Shown: positions 27,451 to 41,993, counted from the first letter of the stretch. The stretch is 64,000 nt of DNA from Octopus vulgaris (GCA_951406725.2 OX597821.1:109616001-109680000); one strand, 5' to 3'. The notes: generated by a model not told the origin, from the sequence alone. A program made the numbers and translations.

Positions 27451-27754
27451 AAAAAATCCGATGTTTAGCCCCAGGTCAGACGTAAATATTTAGACCGATG
27501 ATCAATGGCGTTCCAGTCGTAACTACACATCTTATGGTATCCCATATCAATAACTAGAATGTTTAATTTATCTTTCCTTTCATTTCCTTGTCGGAATTTT
27601 GTTATTTGAGGGGGATTTGACTATTATATTTAATAGGTCAAAAGACAACGCGAATGTTCCTTCATTGACTTGATATCCTCTTAGCTATAAATGTTTCTTC
27701 ATTATTTACATTATTTACATTTGACGGATATTTGTCCTCATCTTGTTTGTTGTT

Positions 27755-27800
27755 AACACAACGTTTCGGCTGATAAGCCTTCCAGCCTTCATCAGGTGTC
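27755..27800 (-). ncRNA. Minimal type I hammerhead ribozyme motif (family P1, intact)
   Basis: Minus strand GACAC-CTGATGA-A-GGCTG-gaaggcttat-CAGCC-GAAA-CG-TT-GTGTT. Confidence 0.82.
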
Positions 27801-28273
27801 TTGGGGAAATTTCGAACCTAGGTTCTTATTCCTAAGGTGCTTTTCGATTGTTTGTCAGTCGGCTTCATGGTCCTTGTGGACCAAATGGAATAGGTGCCAC
27901 CCGGGAGAATGCTGGAATAGTCATTGTGAGTAAAGGGGATCGCACTTGCGGAGAGCCATCTCCGCTTTGATAGCAGCGGACAGACATGTGGTCCCGGTGG
28001 CCGAGAACGCCGGATGTGTCCACTACCACAGGCTTGACCACAAACTCGTCAGAGATCAGTCGACACGTTGACAGTTTGCCCTTCTCTTGATGATGTTACA
28101 CCAGCAACGTTCATCTGCTTATCTGTCGAGCTTTTCTACTTCCTTAAACAACAGCTGTCCTGCCATATTAGTAGTACTTGTTTTTCTTGCTTTAATACTG
28201 TATATTTTTGTTGTTGTTGCCGCTGCTAATGTACTTTTGCCGTTGAAGTTTATAGTTTCTGTGTTAGTATAGA

Positions 28274-28433
28274 CGCGGGAGTGGCTGTGTGGTAAGAAGA
28301 TTGCTTCACATTCACATGGTTGCGGGTTCTTCTCCACATCTTGGAACCCTGGGCAAGTGTCTTCTACTATAGGCTCCGGCCGACCAATGCCTTTTGAGTG
28401 GATTTGTTAGATAGAAACTGAAGGAAGCCTATC

Positions 28434-28435
<2 letters not shown>
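28274..28435 (+). mobile_element. Family A SINE head half
   Basis: gagtggctgtgtggtaag...tgggcaagtgtcttctactatag...gaagcctatcgta. Confidence 0.8.
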
Positions 28436-28469
<34 letters not shown>

Positions 28470-28473
<4 letters not shown>

Positions 28474-28762
28474 TGAGGTTGTGAGCTCGAATCCCGGACC
28501 AGGCTGCGTGTTGTGTTCTCGAGCAAGGCACTTTATTTCACGTTGCTCCAGTTCACGCAGCTGTAGAAATGAGTTGCGACGTCATTGGTGCCAAGCTGTA
28601 TCGACCTTTGTCTTTCCCTTGGATAACACTGGTGGCGTGGAGAGGGGAGGCTGGTATGCATGGGCGACTGCTGGTCTTCCATAAACAACCTTGCCCGGAC
28701 TTGTGTCTAGGAGGGTAACTTTCTAGGTGCAATCCCATGGTCATTCATGACCGAAGGGGGTC
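28470..28762 (+). mobile_element. SINE family C, 5'-truncated
   Basis: Near-identical to the reverse complement of 29532-29825. Confidence 0.9.
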
Positions 28763-29114
28763 ATATATATATATATATATAATTTAATATAAATAATATA
28801 TAAATATATGCATATATACATACATATATGTACATACTTACATATATATGTATATATACATGCATATATACATATACAGGACATCAAAAAGGTAGAGCAC
28901 AATGAGAAACGAAACAATAAAAGCAAAATCATAGAAACGATCTTTTGGGGGAACAGCGAAAAAAAAACAAACACAGAAACGAGACATGCAGCATAGAGAA
29001 TATGGCCCTTCTTCAGTTGTCCCTGTTTCATCTACTCAACGTTGAGAAGGCAAGGACAATACACGACTTCATTGAAACAGTCCTTCCCGAAAAGCAAATT
29101 AAATAAAATTTGGG

Positions 29115-29171
<57 letters not shown>

Positions 29172-29415
29172 ATATAAACTTACTGTTAGCAAAAGTTGGG
29201 ATGCGTGTTGATCAGTTACACAACAAATGAAAAATAGCATTAAATACTAAAAAACGTACACATAGCTCATTCACAGAAGGACCAAAATTCTCCAGTATAT
29301 CGGTTGATAACTGAAGAAGAATCAGGGTTCTTCTGTGTTTGTCCTATATATGTGCGTTTTTGTATTTAATGCATTTTGCATTGATACATACATACATACA
29401 TACATACATACATAA

Positions 29416-29992
<577 letters not shown>

Positions 29993-30029
29993 TACACACA
30001 TATATATATGTGTGTGTGTGTGTCTCTGT

Positions 30030-30345
30030 GTCTGTTAATTGCATTTGTATCTGTGTAACATTTCTCTGTTTATTTTTAGTCCTTGTTTTCGTATACATTC
30101 GCTGCTTTCTTCCAAGGAATCTAATGCTCTTAGCTTCTTTTTTCTTTGGAGTTGGCCAGATTGTAGCAATCTGGAGTATGTATAACCAGCCGAAATTGCA
30201 AAGAGGATCTGGGACTCGACTGAGGATAGAAAACTCCGAATGACCCGTCCTTGTTATCCTTGTATCGTCTGTCTGAATATTTTGTTGTCCCTTTTTTATA
30301 TCACGTAACTGTCTGGATGTTTTGCGTTCTTGTCCAATTTTTGTA
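30030..30345. mobile_element. (TA)n-embedded repeat family F (Penelope-like candidate)
   Basis: tttcttccaaggaatctaatgctcttagc...gcaatct..cagccgaaattgc..gactgagga; copies at 16620-16750, 35690-36020, 56530-56790, 57000-57215. Confidence 0.7.
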
Positions 30346-30348
30346 TAC

Positions 30349-30421
<73 letters not shown>

Positions 30422-30432
30422 AATTTTTATAT

Positions 30433-30582
30433 ATAGCATTTATAAAGATAGCGAGAATGGAGATTTTTCACATCCATAAACATTAATTGGCAATTATTTA
30501 CAGCATATATGCTGTAAATAACTGTTAAACAAAATTTATGGATGGGAAAAATCTTCATTCCCTTTATCATTATTAATGCTAT
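30433..30582. repeat. Imperfect 150-bp palindrome with perfect 28-bp core
   Basis: Core TTATTTACAGCATA|TATGCTGTAAATAA at 30494-30521. Confidence 0.85.
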
Positions 30583-30784
30583 TAATTACACTACGGAAAA
30601 TATACAGTTCTGAACAAAACACACAGAGTTAACCAACCAGAGAAGTTATCGGTGTCTAATAAAAAATACACCCCCTCATTGTTAGCACAAGAAACTACAA
30701 ACGGACCGTTGTGGTTAGCCGGCAGCTGAAACAGATTTGAGGGAAAATACGGTACCCGTCAGGGTAATATATCCATATAAACTC

Positions 30785-30847
<63 letters not shown>

Positions 30848-30851
<4 letters not shown>

Positions 30852-31259
30852 CTTTACTACCCACAATGGGGCTAAACACAGAGAGGACAAACAAGGACAG
30901 ACAAACGGATTAAGTCGATTATATCGACCCCAATACGTAACTGGTACTTATTTAGTCGGCCCCGAAAGGATGAAAGGCAAAGTTGACCTCGACGGAATTT
31001 GAACTCAGAACGTAGTGGCAGACGAAATACCTATTTCTTTATTACTCACAAGGGGCTAAACACAGAGGGGACAAACAAGGACAGACATAGGTATTAAGTC
31101 GATTACATCGACCCCAGTGCGTAACTGGTACTTAATTTATCGACCCCGAAAGGATGAAAGGCAAAGTCGACCTCGGCGGAATTTGAACTCACAACGTAAC
31201 GCATACGAAATACCGCTAAGCATCTCGCCCGGCGTGCTAACGTTTCTGCCAGCTCGCCT
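30848..31259 (-). mobile_element. Family B SINE head-to-tail dimer
   Basis: Two bodies joined at aaagaaata|ggtatttcgtc (about 31031). Confidence 0.92.
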
Positions 31260-31389
31260 TTATATATATTTGGCTCCATAACTACCGTCTAGGCTTTAAC
31301 CTGGGATCCCAAGTAATCCGCTACAGCAGTTACCTAGCATATTTATCGTTTACCGCGAACTAAACCCCCATACTTTGTATATGTATTTA

Positions 31390-31455
<66 letters not shown>

Positions 31456-31690
31456 ATTCTGTTAGGAACGTTGTAGAGTTCAGCATAAAGCTCACCCGCC
31501 TTCGGATTTCGCCGTGAGCTATTCAGTTGTAGTAATATACGTACTTCCAGGCTCGCGTTTGGACTTCTGTCGTGTGTGGATAGAAAATTGAGAAAATTTG
31601 GAGTCAACAAGAAGGGGTACAGTTGGACATATCTTTTTAAATTACTACAGTTGTTTCCACGAAACGTAGTTCTCCAGGTGTGCAGATACT

Positions 31691-31733
<43 letters not shown>

Positions 31734-31771
31734 AATGTGTGTGTGTGTGTGTGTGTACGTGTTTGTACGTA

Positions 31772-31822
<51 letters not shown>

Positions 31823-31897
31823 ATTTTCAGAATGTAACCAGGTGTGTATCGTTGGTGATTTTCTTCCTCCGTCTGCCCTTCTTTTGGACTTTCCTCT

Positions 31898-31932
31898 ATT
31901 TCTGAAGAAGAGCTCAGCTCGAAACGTTAAAT
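31898..31932 (+). ncRNA. Minimal type I hammerhead ribozyme motif (family P2)
   Basis: ATTT-CTGAAGA-A-GAGC-TCA-GCTC-GAAA-CG-TT-AAAT inside a repeat at about 31830-32032. Confidence 0.8.
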
Positions 31933-32028
31933 CCCCTTTCTTTCCTTTCCCGAGCGTCTGATAATACAGTACTTGTACACATGTCCTCGCGTTATTGTTT
32001 TTTCTTGTTTGTTCTTCTTTGTTTGGAT

Positions 32029-32099
<71 letters not shown>

Positions 32100-32131
32100 T
32101 TTATTTAAAGCAGCAGAAAATTCAACAAAAT

Positions 32132-32169
32132 CTGTTACTCTGAGTTTCACGTTGCCGTTCATCGGACAG
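32132..32169 (-). ncRNA. Hammerhead ribozyme motif, inverted copy of 32180-32217
   Basis: Exact reverse complement of 32180-32217. Confidence 0.7.
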
Positions 32170-32179
32170 TTAGCAAAAA

Positions 32180-32217
32180 CTGTCCGATGAACGGCAACGT
32201 GAAACTCAGAGTAACAG
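32180..32217 (+). ncRNA. Hammerhead ribozyme motif, U4C variant
   Basis: CTGT-CCGATGA-ACG-GCAA-CGT-GAAA; stem III ACTC-A-GAGT; GUA; ACAG. Confidence 0.72.
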
Positions 32218-33071
32218 GTTTTGTTGAATTTTCTGCTGCTTTAAATAAAGCATATTACTCTACCACTGGTATTTGAGTACTCTTTTTTCCACCTTGTTTC
32301 ACATTTATGTGTTTACTCCGGTATGTATATATATATATATATATATATATAGTGTGTGTGTGTGTGTGTGACTTCGTCTTTTGTTTGTTTCTTTTGTGAA
32401 TTCCAACTATATAAATATATATATGTATGCATATATGTATGTATCTATGTATATATGTATATGTTAGGCTTGCCTGGTGTGGATGTTTGTTAGAATGACG
32501 ACAGAGCTAAATTAAAAACCTTTCAAAAGGACGGAAGAACCAAGTGTTGGTTCAATGTCTATCTAGCAAAAGCTGTGCCCTCAAAAACTCCGGGTCGGTG
32601 TCCAACGGGCTGGATGACCACTGGCAGTGTGGCACTTTTCAGCCTTTATTAAAGCATGTTTCTGGGAGATGGTCACTCAGATATAAAATCAGATATGCTT
32701 GGGGTTAGCATTGGATATTATGAGGATCTTATGCTCGTGCCTGAGATCATGGCCCTTCCACATTCCAGAGCTTGTGGCCCATATTGGTATTGGATATTTT
32801 GCCCTGGCTTGCCTTTGGATCATGTGAATAGAGTAGAGAGGGTTTTTGAGGTGTTGGGCAATTCTTATTGGATCTAAAATTTTAGACTGCGTAATCGCCT
32901 GAGAGGCGACATTTTGATGCCTGGTCAAGTTGGAGTTCACTGCGGCGAGACCGGGTACAATATCAAATAGCACGGGTATTGCTAACATTTTCCAACGGTC
33001 AGTGATGGTTTTCCTCGGTTACGAATGGTCAGCCGTTATCTATCAGTTTTTTTAAATATATCATCTAGCGC

Positions 33072-33130
<59 letters not shown>

Positions 33131-33222
33131 TTAATCCAAACGGGAAAACAGAAAAAACAACAACACGTGGAACAATTACAGTATTATTATTATTAGGCGC
33201 TCAGGAAAATGGAAGAAGGAGG

Positions 33223-33257
33223 GTATGACGTTTCGAGCGGAGCTCTTCGTCGGATGC
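33223..33257 (-). ncRNA. Hammerhead ribozyme motif (family P2, U4C variant)
   Basis: Minus strand GCAT-CCGACGA-A-GAGC-TCC-GCTC-GAAA-CG-TC-ATAC. Confidence 0.65.
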
Positions 33258-33263
33258 ATATAT

Positions 33264-33308
<45 letters not shown>

Positions 33309-33359
33309 TAAATATATATACATATGTATATACATATATATACATGTATATATATATAT

Positions 33360-33399
<40 letters not shown>

Positions 33400-33408
33400 A
33401 TATACATG

Positions 33409-33479
<71 letters not shown>

Positions 33480-34469
33480 GTATGTGTGTATGTATGTGTG
33501 TGTATGCATATATGGTTACAGGACGTCACTAACTGTGTAAACAACATGAAGTACGAAAAAATAACGAGTGAAATACACAAGCTCCAACATGGTCACAGTC
33601 AAATGACTGAAACAAGTAAAAGAGTAAAAAGAGAGTAAAGAGTAAACAACGAGAGAAAAAATGGAAAACAGTAGAAGTAACACAAAGAAAGACCTTTCAT
33701 CAATTGTTGGCTGTCTATCTGCTCCTCATTTCAAGCAACAATGTCTAGTCTCCGGTTAATGTTTGTACCATATCTATATACACGCTCACACACAGGTACG
33801 CATGTGTATATAAATAAATACATGGTTCCGGATTTAGTCCCACAGTGTGGCATCTTGGGCATGCACCTTCTACTACAGCCTCACGCCAATCAATGCTTTG
33901 TGATTTGAGGAGAGGGCGAAGAAGGCGCTGCCTTTGGCATCAAAGAGAAACGTGTCCGAGTCTATAACGAGGCGAAGATGCAAGATGTACACATACATCT
34001 TTACATATACATAAATTTGTGTGTGTATGTGTGTGTTCGCAATATGGCCGGATTTGAACTCAGAATATAATGACCCGAAGAATCACTTCTAAGCAATTTT
34101 TCTGACGTTCTAACCATTCTGCCACCTCGACGCTTCTATTTTTTTATATTTTATTCTGAGAAATAAGAACTAATAACTATGTACACACATATATGCACAT
34201 ACACACATGAACGGATACATATACACACACGCACATACACATACACACACATACACACACATACACACACATACACACTCTCAACACAGGTGCAGACAAG
34301 GAAGCTATTCTATAAATTCCACTAGAAATATCAGTTAAAACTTCCTCATATAATACACTAAGCTCTCATAAAACACGTACCTAAAATGCAGTCGTTGTCG
34401 ATGGCCATGTTCGGAATGTCTTAGGTCATTACATTTGGGAAATGAGAACTTATATGAACCTGAACAATA

Positions 34470-34830
34470 ATCCTTTTTAGTATAGGAACAATGCGTGAAA
34501 TTTTGCAGAAGGGCGCCAGTTGATTACATCGACACTAAACAAATGGAACTTTTTCTATGGACCCCGAATCGATAAAAGACAATGTCGACCTCAGTGGAAT
34601 TAGAACTCAGAACGTAAAGCTGGGAGAGATGCGGGCGAAGTATTTTGTGCAGGCTGCTAATGATTCTGCCAAGCTCATCGCCTTCTTTTTACGTTAAGCA
34701 CAAATCGAGAAATTCGAGGGGGAGGGGTCTAGTCGATTACATCGCCCTCAATACTTGACTTGTACTTATTTCATCCGGCCCAAGATGATGAAAGGAAAGT
34801 TTGTCCTTGGTGGGATTTGCACTCAGAATG
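34470..34830 (-). mobile_element. Diverged family B SINE copies
   Basis: gtcgacctcagtggaattagaactcagaacg and a second partial copy. Confidence 0.7.
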
Positions 34831-34901
34831 GACCTAGATAATAATGATAATGATGATGATAATAATAATAATACTAATACTACTAATAATAATAAGAAGA
34901 A

Positions 34902-34999
<98 letters not shown>

Positions 35000-35000
35000 G

Positions 35001-35376
35001 CACAAGACCACTCAGAGAGTGGAAACCTCCGCTAAGGCAACATCAACGTCCTCTCAACGACTAGACAGAGATGATATTTAAAACGAGAATGTCTGAAATA
35101 AACTAAACTCCTCTCACAAACGAGAATACTGAAAATGAACCCGACCGCTCACAAAAATTAAGTTTAAAAAATAGGAAAAATTATCCAGAATCCTTGTCTG
35201 GTATCGGATCGATCCCAAAATCCAATTAGTTCGTGCCAGTCACGAGGCCAAACATCGCTGAAAATTTCATCCGAATTCATCCAGCGGTTCTTGAGATATC
35301 TTGTCCATGGACAAACAAACAAACAAACAAACACGACTGAAAACAATACCTCCGCGTTCACCAAGGTAGAGGTAAT
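35001..35376. mobile_element. Helentron-associated (HINE/pearl-like) non-autonomous element
   Basis: acctccgc near both ends, (CAAA)n microsatellite, terminal hairpin tacctc...gaggta, no TSD. Confidence 0.6.
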
Positions 35377-35646
35377 AATGCATTATTCTTGCGACCATTA
35401 CTAAAGACTAAGCAGCTGCAAGAATTGTGGCAAATGTCACCAGACTGTGCAATGCTGGAGATCGTGATGCCGTGGTCGAAAAACATTTCAGACATGAGAC
35501 TTTTCTTCAATTCCGGGCCCAAACCTCAAAAGCATTGCGAAGGGTCTGGAGCACCTCCTTTCATCCAGTGACAATCCACATTCCCAATCCATATACATAC
35601 ATTCATACATACATACATATATAGAGAGAACAAAGTGTACGTACAC

Positions 35647-35689
<43 letters not shown>

Positions 35690-36404
35690 AAATTGGACAA
35701 GAACGCAAAACATCCGGACAATTAGGTGAAATAAAAAGGAACAACAAAACATCCAGATAGACACAATACAAAGAAAACAAGGTCGGGTCATTCGAAGTTT
35801 TCTATCCTCAGTGAAGAACCAGATTATCCTCGCAATTTCGGCTGATTATTCTCGAGATTGCTCCAATCTGGCTAGCCCCAAGGAAAAACTAAGCTAAGAG
35901 CATTAGATTCCTTGGAAGAAAGCAGCGAATGTATACAAAAACAAGGACGGAATAAACGGACAATGTTACACAAATATAAATACAATGAAAAAATACAATA
36001 AAAATAACAACAGGACAACATTCCCCCTCTCTCACATTTCTTTGCCTTCTCTGCTTACGCACTTTCCCCGGACCGTATGTTTCACACAGTCTCTAGTGAA
36101 TAAACTTAGCCACGTTGTAACGCTCCCTTTTATAATACTTTTAAGCCAGCCTCTTACACTCACTCACAACATGTAAGATTGTTTCGTTTTTGCCGCCTCA
36201 CATTCTACAAAGAGGCGTTTCGTTGCTCTTATCAATTTGGAACTTGGTTTAACTAATTCTCAGAGCTTGTTCCTGGGTGCTGCATATCAGTGCCTCAGTA
36301 CATCCTGTCGGATCTCTTTTCCTGAGTCACCTCCAGATGTTCGACTTGTTTTTCCTTTTCATTTCTCTGAGGTACTGCCCATACACTGTTTCCATTTTCC
36401 AATT

Positions 36405-36634
36405 CTCTCTTTACTCTTTTTACTATTTTACTTTGTTTCAGTCACTTGACTGCGGCCATGCTGGAGCACCGCCTTTAATCGAGCAACTCGACCCCGGGAC
36501 TTAATCTTTTGTAAGCCCAGTACTTATTCTATCGGTCTCTTTTGCCGAACCGCTAAGTGACGGGGACATAAACACACTAGCATCGGTTGTCAAGCAATGC
36601 TTGGGGGACAAACACAGACAGACAAACATGCACG

Positions 36635-36702
<68 letters not shown>

Positions 36703-36785
36703 TATAAATATATATATATATATATACGACGGGCTTCTTTCAGTTTCCGTCTACCAAATCCACTCACAAGGCTTTGGTCGGCCTC
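36405..36785 (-). mobile_element. Family A SINE, 5'-truncated
   Basis: Tail to caaggctttggtcggcc. Confidence 0.9.
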
Positions 36786-37090
36786 TTCAATTGCTTCTTA
36801 AATACTTTTGGATTCGTCAGATTTTCGATGGGTATCGTATTATTATCTCTGACAGCAGCAAGCAAGGATTCACTCTTCAGTTTGATGTACCATCCCAGAC
36901 TGTTCTTCTCGTTGGCAACACAGCTCTTGTATCTTATAAGGCCTCTCCATCCCTTGTTCCCAAGCACATACAGTCTATGAATATAGCGTTTTAGGCGCAG
37001 TTCCTTGTCAACTATCATCAATTTCCTGGTTCTTCTATCTAATTCCTCAAGTTCGCTCTTTGTTCATCTAACGACACCTGAGCTGTGTGG
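36786..37090 (-). pseudogene. R4/Dong-type LINE RT C-terminal fragment
   Basis: ELEELDRRTRKLMIVDKELRLKRYIHRLYVLGNKGWRGL resembles the LDRKTRK..HPKSDVDRLY.PR.EGGRGL motif. Confidence 0.75.
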
Positions 37091-37092
37091 CA

Positions 37093-37471
37093 TTGACTGT
37101 GGCCATACTGGAACACCGCCTTTAGTCGAGCAAATCGACCCCAGGACTTACTTTTGTTATCCTAGTACTTATTTTATCGGTCTCTTTTGACGAACCGCTA
37201 AGTTACGGGGACCTAATCACACCAGCATTGTTTGTTAAGCGATGCTGGGGGGACAGACACAGACACGCAAACATATGCACACACATACATATATATATAC
37301 ATATATACGACGGGCTTCCTTCAGTTTCCGTCTACCAAATCCACTCACAAGGCTTTGGTCGGCCCGAGGCTATAGTAGAAGGCACTTGCCCAAGGTGCTA
37401 CGCAGTGGGACTGAACCCAGAACCATATCGTTGTTAAGCAAGCTACTTACTACACAGCCACTCCTGTGCCT
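37093..37471 (-). mobile_element. Family A SINE
   Basis: Head to near tail. Confidence 0.9.
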
Positions 37472-37805
37472 ATTGCTCTGATCTTGCTCTGATCATTGCT
37501 CTGATCTTGTTCGTTCTATTGAGTCTCCTTCCCATCATTAACTTGGTTCTTCTGAGATATTCTCTTCTAAAGCTTACCCCTAAATGAGTGATGTCAAAAT
37601 TAAATAACGACCACAACTGCGCAAACATGACTGGAACTGTTAACGGTAAACGGCAGGCAAGGAGTCTCTCTGATCCAGCTCCGGCAGGTCGTCATTAAGC
37701 TATGGATCGGGACCATAATCGCAGTCAAAAGTGCAAAAGAAAAAGAATGAAAAGGGAAAAAGATTATCTGATGGGTTCTAGTGACCTGAATAATAATAAA
37801 AATAA

Positions 37806-37928
<123 letters not shown>

Positions 37929-38051
37929 AAGAAGAAGAAGAACAACAACAACAACAACAACACCAACACCACCAACAACAATAACATCAATAACAACAAC
38001 AACATCGAAAAATACCTTATGAATGAGAACCCAGGTTCGAAATTACCTCAA

Positions 38052-38097
38052 GACACCTGATGAAGACTGGAGGGTATATCAGCCGAAACGTTGTGTT
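38052..38097 (+). ncRNA. Minimal type I hammerhead ribozyme motif (family P1)
   Basis: GACAC-CTGATGA-A-GACTG-loop-CAGCC-GAAA-CG-TT-GTGTT (one stem II mismatch). Confidence 0.75.
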
Positions 38098-38149
38098 AAC
38101 AACAAACAAGATGAGAACAAATATCTTTCAAATGTAAATAATGTACGAA

Positions 38150-38452
38150 AGACCCATTCTTCCAAAGTTGAATTATGCTAACACCAAAGAATTCCGTTCA
38201 ATACATGACTATGATGCTCCCCCACTACTTCTACTTGTGATCAGAGATGCATATATCATCAGCCACTAAGGGACATGCTCAACTGGTTAAGCTTAAGCAA
38301 CTGACAATCAAAATATTTGATGTAGAATATTTGAGCAGAATATTTGCTGTAGTTCATCTTTTATACCAGGACAAAACAATGTACATGATAACATTTCTAA
38401 TCAGTTAAGACGAGAACCCATGAGAGCCACTGCCTGGTACTGCATCAGGGCG
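38150..38452. mobile_element. Repeat family E fragment
   Basis: Matches 6035-6190 and 16205-16450; ends at ttattattat. Confidence 0.8.
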
Positions 38453-38462
38453 TTATTATTAT

Positions 38463-38967
38463 ATTTGGAGCTCCTGGAGTCTTTGCATGCGTAGCGGCCT
38501 TGCTACCTGCAGCCTACGGTACCATACTATCCATTCTTTTCAGCTACCTAAAACTTTCCTGATTATTCTGGCGATGCCAAGGAGGCAACGCTTTTGTAAC
38601 AGTTCTACTGGGCACTCTATTCCAATTTCTTTTATATGCTTCTTGATGCCTTCTGATACTGTTCCCAAGGACCCAACAATAATTGGCACTATCTTCACCT
38701 TCTTCATTTTCCATAGCCGAGTTATTTCGTACTTAGGAGGGTCGTATCTATCGTATCTATCTTCTCGCTTTCCTTCTTGACTATTCGTGGGTCACAGGGG
38801 CACGCAGCGTCAACTATATAACATATGTGGTGCACCTTATCAACCACCACTAGGTCCAGTCTGTTATATTCTAGCACCTGATCTGTTTTGATTGGGAAAT
38901 CCCACACAATTTTGGTAGGCTCCAACGCTACCACTCTCTGAGGTTTGTGCTGATACCACGTCTTACC
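38463..38967 (-). pseudogene. R4/Dong-type LINE 3' end with restriction-like endonuclease domain
   Basis: WYQHKPQRVV..KIVWDFPIKTDQVLEYNRLDLVVVDK..YIVDAACP, then VKIVPIIVGSLG..LLQKRCLLGIARIIRKVL; flanked by (TAA)n. Confidence 0.85.
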
Positions 38968-38988
38968 TATTATTATTAGTAGTAGTAT

Positions 38989-39055
<67 letters not shown>

Positions 39056-39159
39056 GCTACTGCTACTACTACCACCACCACCACCACCACCACCACCACC
39101 ACTACCACTACCACTACTAGTAGTAGTATTACTGCTACTACTACTACTACTATTATTAT

Positions 39160-40206
39160 CGCTCCTTCCAAGTTCGCTCCTTCCAAGTTCAAGTTAATGG
39201 TTCGCGGTCCGACGTCTCCAGTGCGAGCAGTGGCGTGCCTCAAGGTTCAGTGCTTGGGCCCTTGTTGTTCTTAGTCTTCATAAATGACTTGCCCGACGAC
39301 CTCACGCAACACACCCTTCTATTTGCCGACGATATCAAACTGGTCGCTCCTCGCGGTAGTATAGAGGATCTTCGTCGATGCCTCCACCAAATTTGGAAGT
39401 GGCCTAACGATTGGGACCTGTGTCTGAACGTGTCAAAGTGCTGTCATCTGCCTGTCGGCTCTACTCCTACAACTCAACTTGATTTCGAGCCGGGTCGTCT
39501 GCTGCTGGAAAGGACCGATCAGGTAAAGGACCTGGGTATCTTGGTGGATTCCTCCTTTTTGCCTTCGGCCCAGTGCGTCCATGCTGCCAACAAAGCGCGC
39601 GGAATTCTGTTTTTGATTCGACGGTCATTCGGAATGCTCACAGCAGCCATATTCCTGCCACTCTATGTCACGCTGGTGAGACCCATATTGGAGTATGGGA
39701 TTCAAGCCTCTTCTCCTTATCTCCTCAAAGACATACAGCACCTCGAAAGAGTCCAGAGGCTGGCTACCCGCCTGGTTCATGGTCTCAAAAATTTGTCCTA
39801 CGAAGAAAGGCTGAGGACGCTCGACCTTTATTCTCTTGAAAAACGCCGCCGCCGTGGTGATCTCATTCTCGCCCACAACATCATAAGCGGGAAGTGTAAC
39901 CTCTCGAAAGAGCTGTTCTTCACTCCTGCTCCGGAGCGTCGGCTGCGGGGTCATTCCGAAAAGCTCTACCTGCGACGATTTCATCTCAATCGAAGGAGAG
40001 GAGCTTTCTCCGTCCGGGTTGCGGATCCGTGGAACAAGCTGCCAGACGAGATGGTGAAGATGCCGACGACCGCTTTGTTCAAAGCCTCCCTGGACCTCAA
40101 GTGGCCTGAACTCTTTACATGAACACCACCCTGTACTTAACTCCATGTCCCCCTACATGGCCTTGCTATTTGCTTTTGAGCCAAATTAACTAACTAACTA
40201 ACTAAC
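39160..40206 (+). mobile_element. 5'-truncated CR1-group LINE with (TAAC)n tail
   Basis: Uninterrupted RT frame, short 3'UTR, (taac)n tail, inserted in (TAT)n. Confidence 0.92.
39175..40122 (+). CDS. LINE ORF2 reverse transcriptase, C-terminal part (open frame, 5'-truncated)
   Basis: SGVPQGSVLGPLLFLVFINDL, FADD, KDLG, LYVTLVRPILEYG, YEERLRTLDLYSLEKRRRRGDLI, WNKLP motifs; no stops. Confidence 0.85.
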   Translation, partial: RSFQVQVNGSRSDVSSASSGVPQGSVLGPLLFLVFINDLPDDLTQHTLLFADDIKLVAPRGSIEDLRRCLHQIWKWPNDWDLCLNVSKCCHLPVGSTPTTQLDFEPGRLLLERTDQVKDLGILVDSSFLPSAQCVHAANKARGILFLIRRSFGMLTAAIFLPLYVTLVRPILEYGIQASSPYLLKDIQHLERVQRLATRLVHGLKNLSYEERLRTLDLYSLEKRRRRGDLILAHNIISGKCNLSKELFFTPAPERRLRGHSEKLYLRRFHLNRRRGAFSVRVADPWNKLPDEMVKMPTTALFKASLDLKWPELFT

Positions 40207-41034
<828 letters not shown>

Positions 41035-41311
41035 GCTGTTGATTTTGTTATTGTATCAATGTACTTTGGTTTATACTTTGGCAACAATTGATGGAAATAT
41101 AGAATATGAAGTACAACGACATCTGCAAAACTCATGAAAGGCATAAAGGAATTTGGGTTGTTTTTTTTTGTTTTGTTTTTTTGCTTTTTATTTTGGTTTA
41201 GAAACGTTAAATGTGTGACTGGCTTGCCTAATCCTCGGATTAAGGTAGAACTGTGTGGTGCACATAGGCTCAAATGCAGAGAGACACACATGCATATATA
41301 CACACAGAGGC

Positions 41312-41402
<91 letters not shown>

Positions 41403-41526
41403 TGTGTGTGTGCCTCTATATACATGTACATATATATATGTGTGTGTATATATATATTTATATATATATATATATATACATGCATACATGCATGAATATA
41501 CATATGTGCATACGCAAATATATACA

Positions 41527-41571
<45 letters not shown>

Positions 41572-41928
41572 ATACATACACACGCAAACATAGGACGGGG
41601 AATGCAAGTGAGGGGAAAAGGGCAAAGTGCGTGAGATTTTGTAGAATAAAGGCGTATATATATACATACATACATGCATACACACGCACATGCACACACT
41701 AAGACACGAATATATATATGTTTATATATCGCACGCAGGCAATATTAGCAGTTCAGATGTTTATATATCTGCATTGAAATATCTATAACTATACAAACGT
41801 TTATACACACACAGAGAACCATATATACGTATGTATGTATATATATATATGCATATGTGTGTATGTATAATTGTATATTTACACGTAAGTTTGTTTCTAT
41901 GCATATGAATATGTATGAAAGTAAACAA

Positions 41929-41993
<65 letters not shown>

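Larger units (their letters stand above)
32099..32250. mobile_element. Fold-back element: 73-bp inverted arms each carrying a hammerhead motif (family P3)
   Basis: Arms 32099-32171 and 32178-32250 differ at one position; 6-nt spacer. Confidence 0.85.

Noticed and set aside
26483-27493. Gly/Asp-rich or Thr/Pro-rich ORFs of 100-290 aa
   Set aside because: Compound trinucleotide repeats open in many frames on both strands; no domain or splice context
32689-32988. 99-aa minus-strand ORF
   Set aside because: No recognisable domain; probably a decayed element that I cannot classify
35435-35572. Solo LTR or MITE bounded by TGTCAC...GTGACA
   Set aside because: Short imperfect terminal repeat, no TSD, single copy in the window
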